Source: Squalus acanthias (taxonomy: Eukaryota). From it: 64,000 bases of DNA. This document shows, piece after piece, positions 35,761-47,980 of the stretch. Each line of letters opens with the position of its first letter. The stretch's first letter is position 1. The notes beneath the pieces are model-generated. The model had not been told where the DNA came from. It saw only the letters and a program-made list of their open reading frames with translations, and did no database searches. A program made the translations under genes and the position numbers. The stretch is taken from contig CM059432.1 in assembly GCA_030390025.1 (NCBI GenBank), positions 64,482,001 through 64,546,000 of the forward strand, written 5' to 3'.

Positions 35761-36390
35761 AAATCGCTACGAATGAATAGATAGATCATTCCATAATAAT
35801 TAAATACATTTATAATGACTAGAGAAAAAATAAATAAATAGCTTTACAAAAAGGTATTTGTGTGCATTCGTGCACTTGCCTTTTGCTAGTAACAGATTTA
35901 TTACTAAAATAAGGTTTAATACTATGGGAATTAGAAGAAAAACCTGGAAGCATTTTGCCATGGATTTGATGGAATCACACCCCAAATACCTTAAAGCAAT
36001 TTTTTCCTTCCAGAGCTCTTTGGAACTCAGTTGCTGACATTTCATTATAAGTGACTGTCCCTGAGATTGAAAAATAGCTCCTGTCGCCTGGCTTTGTGTA
36101 AAACAGAGACAGCTCAATCAATGAAATACCAAATGTCTCAGTACAAGAGTGCAATGAATGAATGAATGAATGAATGAATTTTGCAGTGTAGAAATGGAGA
36201 GAGAACTCAATTAATGAAAGATTCAGTTTTCCAGAGTCGAATAGAGATCAGTAAACCAGGAACTCAACTTGTTTGCTCAGAGTTTGAGTAAGAAATGAGT
36301 GAATGAAGAGTGAGGACGATAATCACAGTGATTTCACTTGACTCTCCTGCCAGTTAAACTAAACTAATTGTAACATATTGTTGTTACATA

Positions 36391-36525
36391 CTGTTCTGAT
36401 GAAAGGTCTTCGACCTGAAACGTTAACTTTGTTTCTCTCTCCACAGATGCTGCCTGACCTGCTGAGTATTTCCAGCATTTTCTGTTTTTATTTCAGATTT
36501 CCAGCATCCACATTATTTTGCTTTT
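36391..36525 (+). mobile_element. Penelope-derived short element with a hammerhead ribozyme-like core
   Basis: CTGATGA-A-AGGTC ttc GACCT-GAAACGTT at 36396-36424; near-identical to the terminal region of the Penelope fragment at 39790-39930. Confidence 0.7.
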
Positions 36526-36678
36526 GTAACATGTTGCATGTTTGATTGAAGATTAGCCCTCCTGCATTGAGTAAATAATGTATTTACAAAATTAAGATGC
36601 GCTATGAAAGAAAATGTCAGCAAGTGTCACCCAACAACCTCTTTACCATTGACTGTTTTTTTCCACGTACTTTTACAG

Positions 36679-36789
36679 GCTGTTCTCTGGAGATACAAAT
36701 TTTCACAGCTGAAAGGTTCTTCAGATGATGGAAAAAGCAAGATTAAGTTTTTATTCCAGAACATCGACACTAAACAAATTGAAGCAAAG
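36679..36789 (+). CDS. SNTG1: Gamma-1-syntrophin coding exon (AVLWRYKFSQLKGSSDDGKSKIKFLFQNIDTKQIEAK), syntrophin-unique region
   Basis: acttttacag acceptor, GTATTG donor, 111 nt; contains the LKGSSDDG syntrophin motif. Confidence 0.94.
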
Positions 36790-38324
36790 GTATTGTAGTG
36801 TGAAACTGGTGCCAGACCAGACAAATCTGTGTTAATGGTGTTTAAAAAAAATTAAGGTGCATTTATATTTTTTGAGGCACTGGGATATTTTCATCAAATT
36901 GAAAATAAGAGGGAGTAACTGTCCACTTCACTCAGCAGAGTAAGAAAAACGAGGTGAACTGTTGAACTGTCCCAAGAGAACATTCACCTGAAAAGTGCAT
37001 ATGTTATTCAGTTAAATACTTAGGCATCCCCCAGAGAAGTGATTCCAATGCCTCCGTTTTCAGCTGGAGAACGGGCTATTGAGATCCCCTAGGGAGCATG
37101 CCACATAGATTCCCCCTGTGCACTGTAAATCTAAAATCTATCCAGGTTGGCTTCTGCAAATTAGACCGCTGACATGACACAAATTGATGAAATTATGCGG
37201 AGAAAGTATATTAAAAAAACTACATAATAAATAGGTTTTGCCCCATGTGTATTGGGAAGGCAGTTTTTCACAATGGAACTTTGACCAATAAAAGACAATT
37301 ATTCACGTGAAATTCTATGAAGAGCTGTCAGAGATAGATGTTCACCCCAGGTGTCTGGACTGGATTTTTTTTATTCATTCGTGAGATGTGAGCATCGTTG
37401 GCAAGGCCAGCATTTATTGCCCATCCCTAATTGCCCTTGAGAAGGTGGTGGTGAGCCGCCGATTCAGATCCAGGTCAAGTCCCAGAGGAGATCATGCTCT
37501 GGCTAGGGAAGAGGCAGATTGAACTCCAAAGTTAAAGTGACCTGAGTTGCACTTGCTGACATGCCCATCTTTAATCTATGGAATTCCTGACCTCTGGCAC
37601 AGTTTGGATATTTTAGTTTTATTGGTGTTGAAAAATCATAAATATGCAAAAACTAGGAAGCAATCCACATTGGAGAATGTTGATGAACATGCTCTGATTT
37701 TGTACACAGTGATATATATCTTCAATCCACGCATCACCAGTTACTTTCAAGACCAGACATTTCTTTGTAACATTTCATGGACACTGCGATGCTGAAAATT
37801 TTCCAGTGTTACAGTAATAATAGTACTGAGCTGTCAGGAATAGCTTTATTTCTATAATATCAATGTTATATCAATAAAATATATCCTTTAAAATTCATAA
37901 ATGAAGGCAAAATAGTTCAAGAAAGTTTACTTCTGCCTTAACTTGTCTTTCCCGTTTCCCTGTTTTCCCACTTCCTCTTTTATTAAACTCTTATTTTAAT
38001 TTTAATTTTCTGACTAATAATCTATAGGAGTGATTCCGTTTCCCCAACACTCCCATTGAGGAGTGATGCTTACAGCAAGTGCACCAATTAATCAACTCCC
38101 AGAACACTGAAGTGTTTCATGGTTTCATGATAGGAACAACTAGTCAAACCTATGGCACCTTTTACCAACCAGCATAATAAGGGCCCAATTATCTCATTGG
38201 TAGCCCAAGATACTATGCAAAATTAAAATAAAGGAGAGGGTTGTTGAAGGTAGTGCAGCTGATGTTGTGCATATTGACTTTCAATAGGCGTATAATAATG
38301 AGCCACAAAATAAAAGGACTTCAA

Positions 38325-39152
38325 GCTATAGAAGGAGATACTAGGAGGGGTGAACAAAAGCTTAGTCAAAGAGGTGCACTTTACGGAGGGTCTTAAAGGA
38401 GGAGAGTGAGGTGGAGAGGCAGAGCATTTTAGGGAAGAAATTCCAGAGTGTGGGGCTTAGGTGACTGAAGGCATGGCTGCCAATGGTGGGGCAAAGAGGG
38501 ATGATGTACAGGAGGCCTGAGTCAGAGGAAGAGTGAGTTTGGGGGTGCGGGGTGGGGGTTGGGGAGGTGGTGGCAGAAGGACTGAGGCAAACGCGGAAAC
38601 ATGTGATGTTACAGAGGTGGAAATATAGAATTAGGCAGTCTTAGTGATGGAGAGGATATGAGGTCAAAAGCTCAGCTCAGGGTCATGGTTGCCCATACCC
38701 TATCCGTACCAAGTCTCGCTCACCCACCTCCCCTGTCTTTGCTAACCCACTGTGGCTCCCCATCCCCCACTGCCTCAAATTTCAAATCTCATCTTTGGGT
38801 TTAAATCTTTTCATGACCTCACCCCTCCCTATCTCTGTAATCTGCTCCATCCAAGAATTCGGCATTTCCAAATCCATCCTCTTATGTATCCCAAAATCTC
38901 TTCACCCTATTATTGACGGCCATGCCTTCAGCTTTCTAGGCTCTATGCTTTGGAATTTCCTCCCTAAATCTCTCTTTAACTCCTTTATCTCTTTTAAGAC
39001 ACTCTTTACAACCCACCTCAGGCCAAGCTTTTAGTCATCTGTCCTAATATCTCCTTCTCTAGCTTAGTGTTGATTTTTGTTTGATTTTGTAAAGCACCTT
39101 TGGATGTTTTCCTACATTAAAGGTGCTTTATAAATGCAAGTTGCTGTTGTTG
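38325..39152. mobile_element. Two L2 3' fragments in opposite orientation (minus 38325-38690, plus 38700-39152)
   Basis: IIDGHAFSFLGSMLWNFLP in ORF 38795..39034; homology to 24350-24910. Confidence 0.7.
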
Positions 39153-39517
39153 TAATATTGTTAGTTTTCCATACGCGGCTGCAGTTATCAGTCTGCAATT
39201 ACTGGAAGAGTGTGTGGTACACATGGATTAATATACATTTTTATCATAAGGACGAGCACTCCTGTTCCTCCTGGCCCTACAAGGAAAATTTAAAAAAGTA
39301 AAAGGACTTAACCTCTTTATGCCTCTTCTGGCCCCAACTCCTCTTCCCATTAGGTTAGCCTTGTGCATAAGCCACAACTACTTTCCCGCTCAGGTTGATG
39401 GTTGTAATAGCAATCAGGCCCCGATGATGTCAACCAATCCCAATTTGCATATTTAAAGAAGGAACCCGTCGACTTGTCAACATGTGTCCTTCTCGCCTGC
39501 TCAGACGAGCAGGTTAA

Positions 39518-39755
39518 AGTTAGAGCCTGCAGGATCAGTGGGGGGGTCGGCGGCCGAGTCCCAAGGGTGATTTTAAGTTAGAGCCTGCAGGATCAGTGGG
39601 GGGGTCGGCGGCCGAGTCCCACGGGTGATTTTAAGTCAGAGCCTGCAGGATCAGTGGGGGGGTCAGCGGCCGAGGCCCACGGGTGATTTTAAGTTAGAGC
39701 CTGCAGGATCAGTGGGGGGGGGGTCGGTGGCTGAGGCCCACGGGTGATTTTAATT
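39518..39755 (+). repeat. Minisatellite, 4 copies of a ~58-bp unit, inside a Harbinger-type MITE end
   Basis: AGTTAGAGCCTGCAGGATCAGTGGGGGGGTCGGCGGCCGAGTCCCACGGGTGATTTTA repeated four times. Confidence 0.93.
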
Positions 39756-39789
39756 GCCTGCCAGGCAGGCAGGGTTAAAATTAGCCCAA

Positions 39790-40495
39790 TACAAAAAGAA
39801 AATACTGCAGATGCTGGAAATCAGAAACAAAAACAGAAAATGCTGGAGACACCCAGCAGGCCAGGCAGCATCTGTGAAAAGAGAAACAGAGTTAACGTTT
39901 CAGGTCAATGACCTTTCATCAGAACTGGAATAAAGCAGGAAATGGAACAGATTTTTAAGCAAGTGTAGGAGCTGGGAAAAGGGGGAGGGGATGAAAGAAC
40001 AAAAGGGAAGGTCTGTGATAGGATAGAAGGCAGGAGAGGTGAAGAGACATTAAGAGATATTCAAGGCAAAAGGAGATGGTAATGGGACAGGTTAAGAAAC
40101 AAAAGATGGCTCTAGATGAAGTGTAAATTGTGCTGGCAGAATGAAAGACAGCTGCCATGTGGGAGAGAAGAAAAGAAGACACAAACAAAAAGTGTGGAAA
40201 AAATTATTTATATATGATAGGGGCCAGGTTATGATCTGAAATTGTTGAACTCTATGTTGAGTCCGGAAGGTTGTAAAGTGCCTTATCGAAAGATGAGGTG
40301 CTGTTCCTCGAGCTTACGCTGAGCTTTAGTGGAACAATGTAAGAGGCCGAGAACGGTGAGGTCTGAGTGGGAGTGAAGCGGAGAATTAAAGTGACAAGCG
40401 ACCGGAAGCTCGGGGTCCCCCTCACGGACTGAACGGAGGTGTTCCGCAAAGCGGTCACCCAATCTGCGTTTGGTCTCCCCAATGTAGAGGAGACC
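39790..40495 (-). mobile_element. Penelope-like element 3' fragment: GIY-YIG endonuclease C-terminal part plus terminal region
   Basis: LYIGETKRRLGDRFAEHLRSV...PVACHFNS...RKLEEQHLIFR*GTLQPSGLNIEF. Confidence 0.88.
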
Positions 40496-40600
40496 GCCCT
40501 TTAAAATTAGCCCTTTTAGTTCCTGCTTCAAATTGTTTTGCCACAATGCTATGTTTTAATATACATTTTTTTTTTCTCCCTTTATTTTTTTTTGATGCAG

Positions 40601-40732
40601 GAGCTGGAATTTTCCAACCTTTTTGCAGTACTGCACTGTATACACTCCTTCTTTGCTGCCAAAGTTGCTTGTATGGATCCTCTCTATGTTGGAAGTCAGC
40701 CTATTGCTGGGAAGGCCAAGTATAGTAACTGA
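40601..40732 (+). CDS. SNTG1: Gamma-1-syntrophin last coding exon (ELEFSNLFAVLHCIHSFFAAKVACMDPLYVGSQPIAGKAKYSN*)
   Basis: Long T-rich acceptor ending gatgcag; HSFFAAKV syntrophin C-terminal motif; TGA at 40730-40732. Confidence 0.93.
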   Translation, partial: ELEFSNLFAVLHCIHSFFAAKVACMDPLYVGSQPIAGKAKYSN

Positions 40733-41762
40733 CAGACTCCGGTTCTTTCTATCCAGTTGGGAAGAGTCGTTGCTGCTCTGCTGAAGATAAATATTTAACA
40801 TGGCACAGCCATGGCGGATTTCAATACAAGACTTCCAGTTCAGGAGAAAAGTTGTTAGCTTGCATTCATCTCCTGTGCCATAAGTTGCAAACAGTCACTG
40901 AATGAATTGAACTGAAATCTCTCGAGTTTGCGGATATGGTAGCTTTTCCCATTTCAGTACTACGCTGAAGTTTCCTCATGGACTGTAGCCAAACATTATC
41001 ATGGGATACTTCCTGAGTGAGGGGTGTCACTGAAGCACTTAATGTACATAAGATTTCTTATTGGAGGTATCTCTGCAAAAGCACCCCTGCAATTAAATGT
41101 ACTTCTGGTGTTCCAAAGATGGAAATTTTTATGAATTTACAAGACATATAAGTGTTATAGATATGAGGTTTATGCAAGATAATAGTGATAAGGAATATGA
41201 TTAGAAATTAAGGATTCAAATGGGCAAAGCGGATCATTTTTATGTAAAATAATTTTTGTAGTGGAAATGCCCTTATTTTTACAATAAGCCCTGAGCGTTT
41301 ACTGTTTCCATGTTAAGTCTCTGAAAAAACAGAAATCTGAACTCATGAGCAACATAATGAGAATTTATTCAATGTGATAGATAAAAAATAACATAATAAT
41401 TTATTCTTCTGTGAACCATATGCACAAGCTGCTAAGATCTAGCGAACATTTCTCTACTATGATCATCATTAGCTAAAGTATAACATAATTTTAATTCTTT
41501 AAGAAATATACCTGTAAATTTCATATTTATCGTACATTTTGAAGTACAACCATTCTGATAAAAATTGCTGGTGGAATTTTAACAATATGTGAGCTAGTTT
41601 TTTTAACTCCTAATAATAATAATAACTGAACATCCAATATGGCTTTAAAAGTCTTGAAAAAGAATGGATTGAAATCATTCTATGTAAAATTTGCATAAAC
41701 TGATTCACTTTTGTTAAAATTGCAGGCAGAGAAATTTCACAGATTTATAAATGGGTGTGTGT

Positions 41763-42866
41763 GCAGCATTTGACCAAGTGTGGCATCAAGGAGCCCTAGT
41801 AAAATTGAAGTCAATGGGAATCAGGGGGAAAACTCCAAATGAAGATGGTTGTGGTTGTTGGATGTCAATCATCTCAGCCCCAGGACATCACTGCAGGGCA
41901 GTGTCCTAGACCCAACCATCTTCAGCTGCTTCATCAATGACCTTCCCTCATCATAACGTCAGAAGTGGGGATGTTCGCTGATGATTGCACAGTGTTCAGT
42001 TCCATTCGCAACTCCTCAGATAATGAAGCAGTCCGTGCCCGCATGCAGTGAGACCTGGACGACATTCAGGCTTGGGCTGATAAGCGGCAAGTAACATTCA
42101 CGCCACACAAGTGCCAGGCAATGACTATCTCCAACAAGTGAGAGTCTAACCACCACCCCTTGACATTCAATGGCATTACCATCGCCGACTCCCCCACCAT
42201 CAACATCCTGGGGGGGGTCACCATTGACCAGAAACTTAACTGGACCAGCCACATCAATACTGTGGCAACAAGAGCGGGTCAGAGGCTGGGTATTCTGCAG
42301 TGAGTGTCTCACCTCCTGACTCCCCAAAGCCTTTCCACCATCTACAAGGCACAAATCAGGAGTATGATGGAATAATCTCCACTTGCGTGGATGAGTGCAG
42401 CTCCAACAACACTCAAGAAGCTCGACACCATCCAGGTCAAAGCAGTTCGCTTGATTGGCATCCCATCCACTACTTTAAACATTCACTCCCTCCACCACCG
42501 GCACACCGTGGCTGCAGTGTGTACCATCTACAAGATGCACTGCAGCAACTCGCCATGGCTTCTTTGATAGCACCTCCCAAACCTGCGACCTCTACTACCT
42601 AGAAGGACAAGGACAGCAGACGAATTGGAACACCAACACCTGCAAGTTCCTCTCCAAGTTACACACCATCCTGACTTGGAAATATATTGCCGTTCCTTCA
42701 TTGTCTATGGGTCAAAATCCTGGAACTCCCTGTGGGAGTACCTTCACCACACAGATTGCAGCGGTTCAAGAAGGTGGCTCACCACCACCTTCTCAAGGGC
42801 AAATAGGGATAGGCAATAAATGCTGGCCTTGTCAGCGACGCACACATCCCAGGAGCGAATTAAAAA
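41763..42866 (+). mobile_element. LINE family B 3' part (RT and tail), sense orientation ~1 kb after the SNTG1 stop codon
   Basis: Colinear with the reverse complement of 30999-32110; in-frame stops. Confidence 0.9.
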
Positions 42867-44699
42867 ATTACATAATCTGATTCCACCATATAAGTGGGCA
42901 ACATTAGAGACATTTTTGTATGTGTTCTGTTAATCCTCTAAGCATGTGAGGGTTGATTTCACGTATCATTACACATGCTGAGGTACCTCTCACTTTACAT
43001 TGGAAAATCACAGCAGTAGACCGGTACCTCACCAAATGCCACCACTTGGAAAATCTACCCTGTGTTGTGCCAAAAAGAGACATTTCAAATTATTTTGCAT
43101 TTTTTGTTCTGCCAGTATTAGCTGTTTCTTTGAATTATTTGTTTTATGTGTCCCTCTTGTTCCACAACTATGAATACTTGATCCAGTAAATGCCTACAGT
43201 ATTTTGTTTTAAAGAGATCAGCTGAATCATCTGCTTGGATCTCCTTTGATCTGTTACCATTGACTATCATATTTTCCATGTCATGTATATTTTTTACTTT
43301 CAGTCAATTCTGAGGTAATTTGAGGCCAAAGCCTAAAATATACAAGCTAGATGTTAAAATTAGATATTATAACTCTCTCTAAAGATATCTCTACAATCTT
43401 TATTACACTATCGCAGACCGGCTCCACTCGTGTGAGATAAACATTTTTACTTTCATCTCTTAAGATCACTGGGGGAATCGTTTGCTAGTCACCAACCTAC
43501 AGAGCTGTGTTTGGTCCAAATTGCTTCCTTCAGACAGCAGCTGCAATCTCTCATCTTTCCATTTCATTTTATTATGTGCCACACAACAACTCAAGTGTTT
43601 CCACTATTTGAAAATGCTTCAAACTGAGCCTCCCATCATGTCTTTCCACCTTCATCTAATTACTGCAGTGTCATAGAATTCACTTACTCTAAAAGTATCT
43701 GCAGTTGTTTTTGTGAAAACTCAGCAACATTTTCACTGCTTTCCTGGGCAGTTCGTGCTAAATCAAATTTATCTGTTATGCCTTCACTGCCACTGGGCTA
43801 ATCTTATGAACCACAAGAGATGTATGAGATCATTGTACTTGACATTTTATACCCAAAAGGGATTAAACTATCATGTCTATTAGGTTTATTGGTCCAGAAT
43901 GTTGATAATTTCACAAGGATGTTGGTCTGAAATGCTCTTTTATTCTTAGAGAATATTGTGTAACTTTTGTTCCCATTTTCTTTTGCGTATTCATGCTTGG
44001 CTATTTAACAGAAGAGCACTCCTTTGTCAACAGTTATTTCTGTTCTGTTATTGAATTCACAGTGCTCGGGTAGCATTGAATGAACCTAATATAATAGTTA
44101 CATTGTAAAGTCCATTGCAGTTAATGGACACATGAGCGCGTTAATCAATAATCTGAGTGAAGCATTAACTCTATTGGCTTTCAGAACACAAACTGACTTT
44201 GGTGCTGTACTGATTTTAGGTCAGAAGAGTAGGAACCTTTTAAGCTATTTTCAGAAGAATGAATCTAAATTCATTTACAATGGAATAGGATTATGATATT
44301 TTTCCTGATCTTGTAAATCTCAGTATTTTTCAATAGTGTCACATGTCAGGTCTTCATGCCAGGTTCAGGCTATCTGAAAAAGTCAGACGGAGCAGACTTG
44401 GAATGTTAAACTGATGCTGTGATTGTATATAGAGGATATTCATTAGTACATTTCTAGAGTGCACTATAGACACCCAAACAATGATTTTATACTAAACTAG
44501 TTCAGCTTGGCCCAAGCTTGCTTAGATATTCTGCTTTTTATTTTTTTTTAAATTAGAGCTACAGACCTGAATCATCCGAAAACACAAGTGACACCTACAG
44601 AAAATGAATCAACCTCCTGTGGCATTGCACATAAGGAGTCAAGACCAAGAGCACATTTCAGCTCCAGCAGGGTTAGAAGATGACAATTGGACCAAGGTG

Positions 44700-45075
44700 G
44701 CTGAGGGGAGAGAAAGCAGATGGGAGGGAACCAAAAGAGAGTGAGAGAGATGGGGAGAGGGGAGAAGGAGAGAGAAGAGGGCGGAAGTAGAGAGGGAGAG
44801 AGGGGAGAGGCTCTGGAATTGGGGTGAGGAGGAGAGAGGGAGGGGAGGGGAAAGCAAGCGGACAGGAAGGGGAGGCAGAGAAGGAGAGATGAAGAGAGAT
44901 GAAAAGAAGAGGCAAAAGATGGGAGGGGGCAAAGCAAGATGTGGAAGAGGGAGAAAGGAGAGGAGAGGGAAGAGGATGGGGGAAGTGGAACAGGAAGATG
45001 GGGGAGAGTGAGATGGGGTAGAGGGAGAGGTGGGTGGAGTAAGGGAGTGGAGGAGGGGTGAGAGAGGCAGGGACA
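44700..45075 (+). repeat. Low-complexity polypurine (GA-rich) tract
   Basis: ~370 bp dominated by G and A on the + strand. Confidence 0.85.
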
Positions 45076-46026
45076 ACAGGGGGGCCTTCGATGATATTGC
45101 AATTCGCAGGGAGGGAGGTTGTTGGGGTAATTTTCTCCTCAGCAGGGACCCTGGCAAGCTATTTTCTCATCAACTGGGGGGTGGGGTGGGAGTAGGAAGG
45201 GAAGGGCATCCTGTTCAGGGGGGTGATGGCCATTTTCTCACCAGCATGGGTGAGGGGGTGGAGAGGTTCTATGGTCCATTTTCTCCTCAACAGTTGGAGG
45301 AAGGGATTTTCGTGGCTTATTTTCAGATCATCAATGGCAGGGGGAGTGGGGGTCAGGAGTCGCAGACCACTTTCACCTCAGTGGGATGGAAGCATTGAGC
45401 AATTTTCTTCTCATGGTGTGTAAACCAGTCTTTTTCTCATCATTTGGCATTAAGGGGGCCTGTGGGCACCTCGCTCCTCAGTGGGGGTGGATTCAGTTCA
45501 TTTTCTCTTCTACGGAATGGGACCTTTTCCTAATCAGAGTTGATTTTGTTCATGTTTTTTGGTTTTGCTGTAAACTATAAGTTTAAATAAACTCTGTTAC
45601 AAGGTGGTTGTTATGTTCAGGGCATTTTATGTATGTGCACTTCAAAACATTTTCATCTTCTATTTCACCAGTATACGCTCTTATGAGTTGCCGAGTTTAT
45701 TTGCATCTCGTGTTTCGGTTACCTATTGTTCCTCACCCATCGGTTGCTGCTTCCAAGGAAAACAATTTTCTTTTTCCTTGGGTTCTTCTCTGTAGCATTG
45801 ATCACCATTTGTGTGCTTGGGTCGACAATTCACACTGTTCTTTGCTGCCAGGGTTGTCAGGAGATCTTTATTTTTTCTTTTTCTTTTGCACCTTGTTACT
45901 GTATTTTTTCCTTGTGCATTTTTGATTTTTGTTTGGGAAGCTCCTGGAGCGATCCAACAATTGTAAATTGAGTGTCTTCAGGGTGAGCCTGTCATTTAAC
46001 ATGATGTTATGTAACATTATACTGAC

Positions 46027-46041
46027 AGCGCCACCTACTGG
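46027..46041 (-). promoter_or_regulatory. Candidate CTCF-binding motif
   Basis: Minus strand CCAGTAGGTGGCGCT fits the CCASYAGRKGGCRS core consensus; motif match only. Confidence 0.5.
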
Positions 46042-46084
46042 TGCAATGCCCTCTGATGCTGTGACCTTACACCTTTTTTAATAT

Positions 46085-46427
46085 AAGAACTTGTATTTAT
46101 ATAGCTCCTTTCACAACCTCACAATGTCTCAAAGCGCTTTACAGCCACTGAAGTACTTTTCAAGTGCGGTCACTGTAGTCTGTAGGAAACGCGGCAGCCA
46201 AATTGCGCACAGCAAGGTTCCACAAACAGCAATGAGATAATGACCAGATAATCTGTTTTAGTAATGTTGGTTGAGGAATAAATATTGGCCAGGACACTGA
46301 TGAGAACTCCCCTACTCTTTTTCAAAATAGTTCCATGGGATCTTTTACCTCCACTTAAAAAGGCAGAGGGAGCCTCGGTTTAATGTCTCATCCGACAGTG
46401 CAGTGCTCCCTCAGTACTGCACTGCAG
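46085..46427 (-). mobile_element. Deu-domain-type SINE, 5'-truncated
   Basis: Homologous to 34822-35165. Confidence 0.65.
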
Positions 46428-46737
46428 CGCCAAGTTATAACAGATAATAAGCAAAGTAAGCAACGTTCTCTCATTTATATTGGCTGAAACAGTAATCGCA
46501 CCACATCTGTAGTTACATCATTGGATCCCGACTTTTGAATCGCAATGAGGCCGTCACCTATCTGGTGTGAAGACCTCACAGGCTGGCTTAAACGCACCTG
46601 CGAAAGTGGTGCATGATGCGAGGTCAGCATGGTCCCAGTGAGTTGCACAGTGCCGTAATTTGAAATCCCGCATGTCACGTTCTTGTTCAAATTGGGCCTA
46701 TAAATTTTAATTTGTGAAATTTACCACAATTTTATAA

Positions 46738-47980
46738 AGGCGGAAATTTCCAGGGTGGTAGCGGGCGCAATCAGTGGTGGGTCGGGTGGGAAAGTTGTTA
46801 TTTTTAACAGTGGGTCAGGAACTTGCTGTCATCTCGTCCCCACGCGCCTTTCCCCCAGGCGCATCTGTCATTGCGGAGCCGACTCGACCGGCAGCGGCGG
46901 GCGACCCAATTGAGATGATTAACAGCTAGTTGTCAGACTCTTAACAGGCTTTTTAACTTACTTTTAAAATTTAACTGCACGGCCACGGGAACCACGCTGC
47001 TCGGGAAGCACATCTGTCAACCTGAGGCGGAAGTTCTGTGACCATTGCTCCAGCTGATTGCTTGACAGCATCAAATGTACAGTAAAAACTCCCACCTGAC
47101 AGATGATCACTTTCCTCAGGCAGAAGCTGTTGCTCAGTCCATTTCCAGCACAGATTCTGCAGGCTGCAAGTCTTTCCAGCAAAGTCTCCATCCAGTCTCA
47201 CCTCATTGGAAGAACTCTCTCACCATTGACAGAATGATTCTGTCATCTGTACTTCACCTGCCATCTATTCCAGGCTGTTTTGGTCTCCTGAGGAGGTCTC
47301 TTCTGTCCATTGGAAGGCAAGAGGACCCCCCCGCATGCTCTGACTCCCTCCATAACCATATATTTACCTGCCGGGTTTCCCGAGCTCTGAAAAACCCGGC
47401 CTCCATGGGTTAAAAATAAAAATGCTGTTAAAATGGAGGTACGCACCCTCCTTAAGAACATAAGAACATAAGAAGTAGGAGCAGGAGTAGGCCACACGAC
47501 CCTTCGGGCCTGCTCCGCCATTCAATAGGATCATGGCTGATCCGAACCTAGACTCATGTCCACCTCCCTGCCCTCTCCCCATAACCCTTAATTCCCTTAT
47601 CAGCTAGGAAACTGTCTATCTCCGTTTTAAATTTATTTAATGTCACAGCTTCCACAGCTCTCTGAGGTAGCAAATTCCATAGATTTACTACCCTCTGAGT
47701 GAAGAAGTTTCTCCTCATCTCAGTTTTGAAACGGCAGCCCCTTATTCTAAGATAATGCCCCCTAGTTCTAGTCTCACCCATCAGTGGAAACATCCTCCCT
47801 AAAAGCTTTTACTGAATGACCCGCCTCCTAAGAGCGGATTGGTCGCCCGCCCCCCCACTCGCCTCCATTAAAACCGGAAGTGGGCGGGTTGGTGTTGGGT
47901 TAGGGTTGAGTTTGAGATTTTAAAATTGTATACTGCCCACCTGCCCCCAACCCACCATCCTTGGGGGTTAAAATCCCCCC
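46738..47980. mobile_element. Harbinger-type non-autonomous element interrupted by a CR1 3' fragment
   Basis: Termini GGCGGAAATTT ... AAAATCCCCCC; GC-rich subterminal motifs shared with other MITEs in the window. Confidence 0.55.
47453..47799 (-). mobile_element. CR1 3' end (closely related to 4308-8475)
   Basis: ORF 47554..47793 FPLMGETRTRGHYLRIRG...GYGERAGRWT*; aagaacat tail; TAA at both junctions. Confidence 0.9.

Noticed and set aside
39518..39755. Regularly spaced repeats resembling a CRISPR array
   Set aside because: Head-to-tail tandem units with no unique spacers, in vertebrate DNA with no cas genes.
44572..45157. Pro/Leu/Ser-rich minus-strand ORFs of 172-176 aa
   Set aside because: Artefact of the polypurine tract lacking stop codons.
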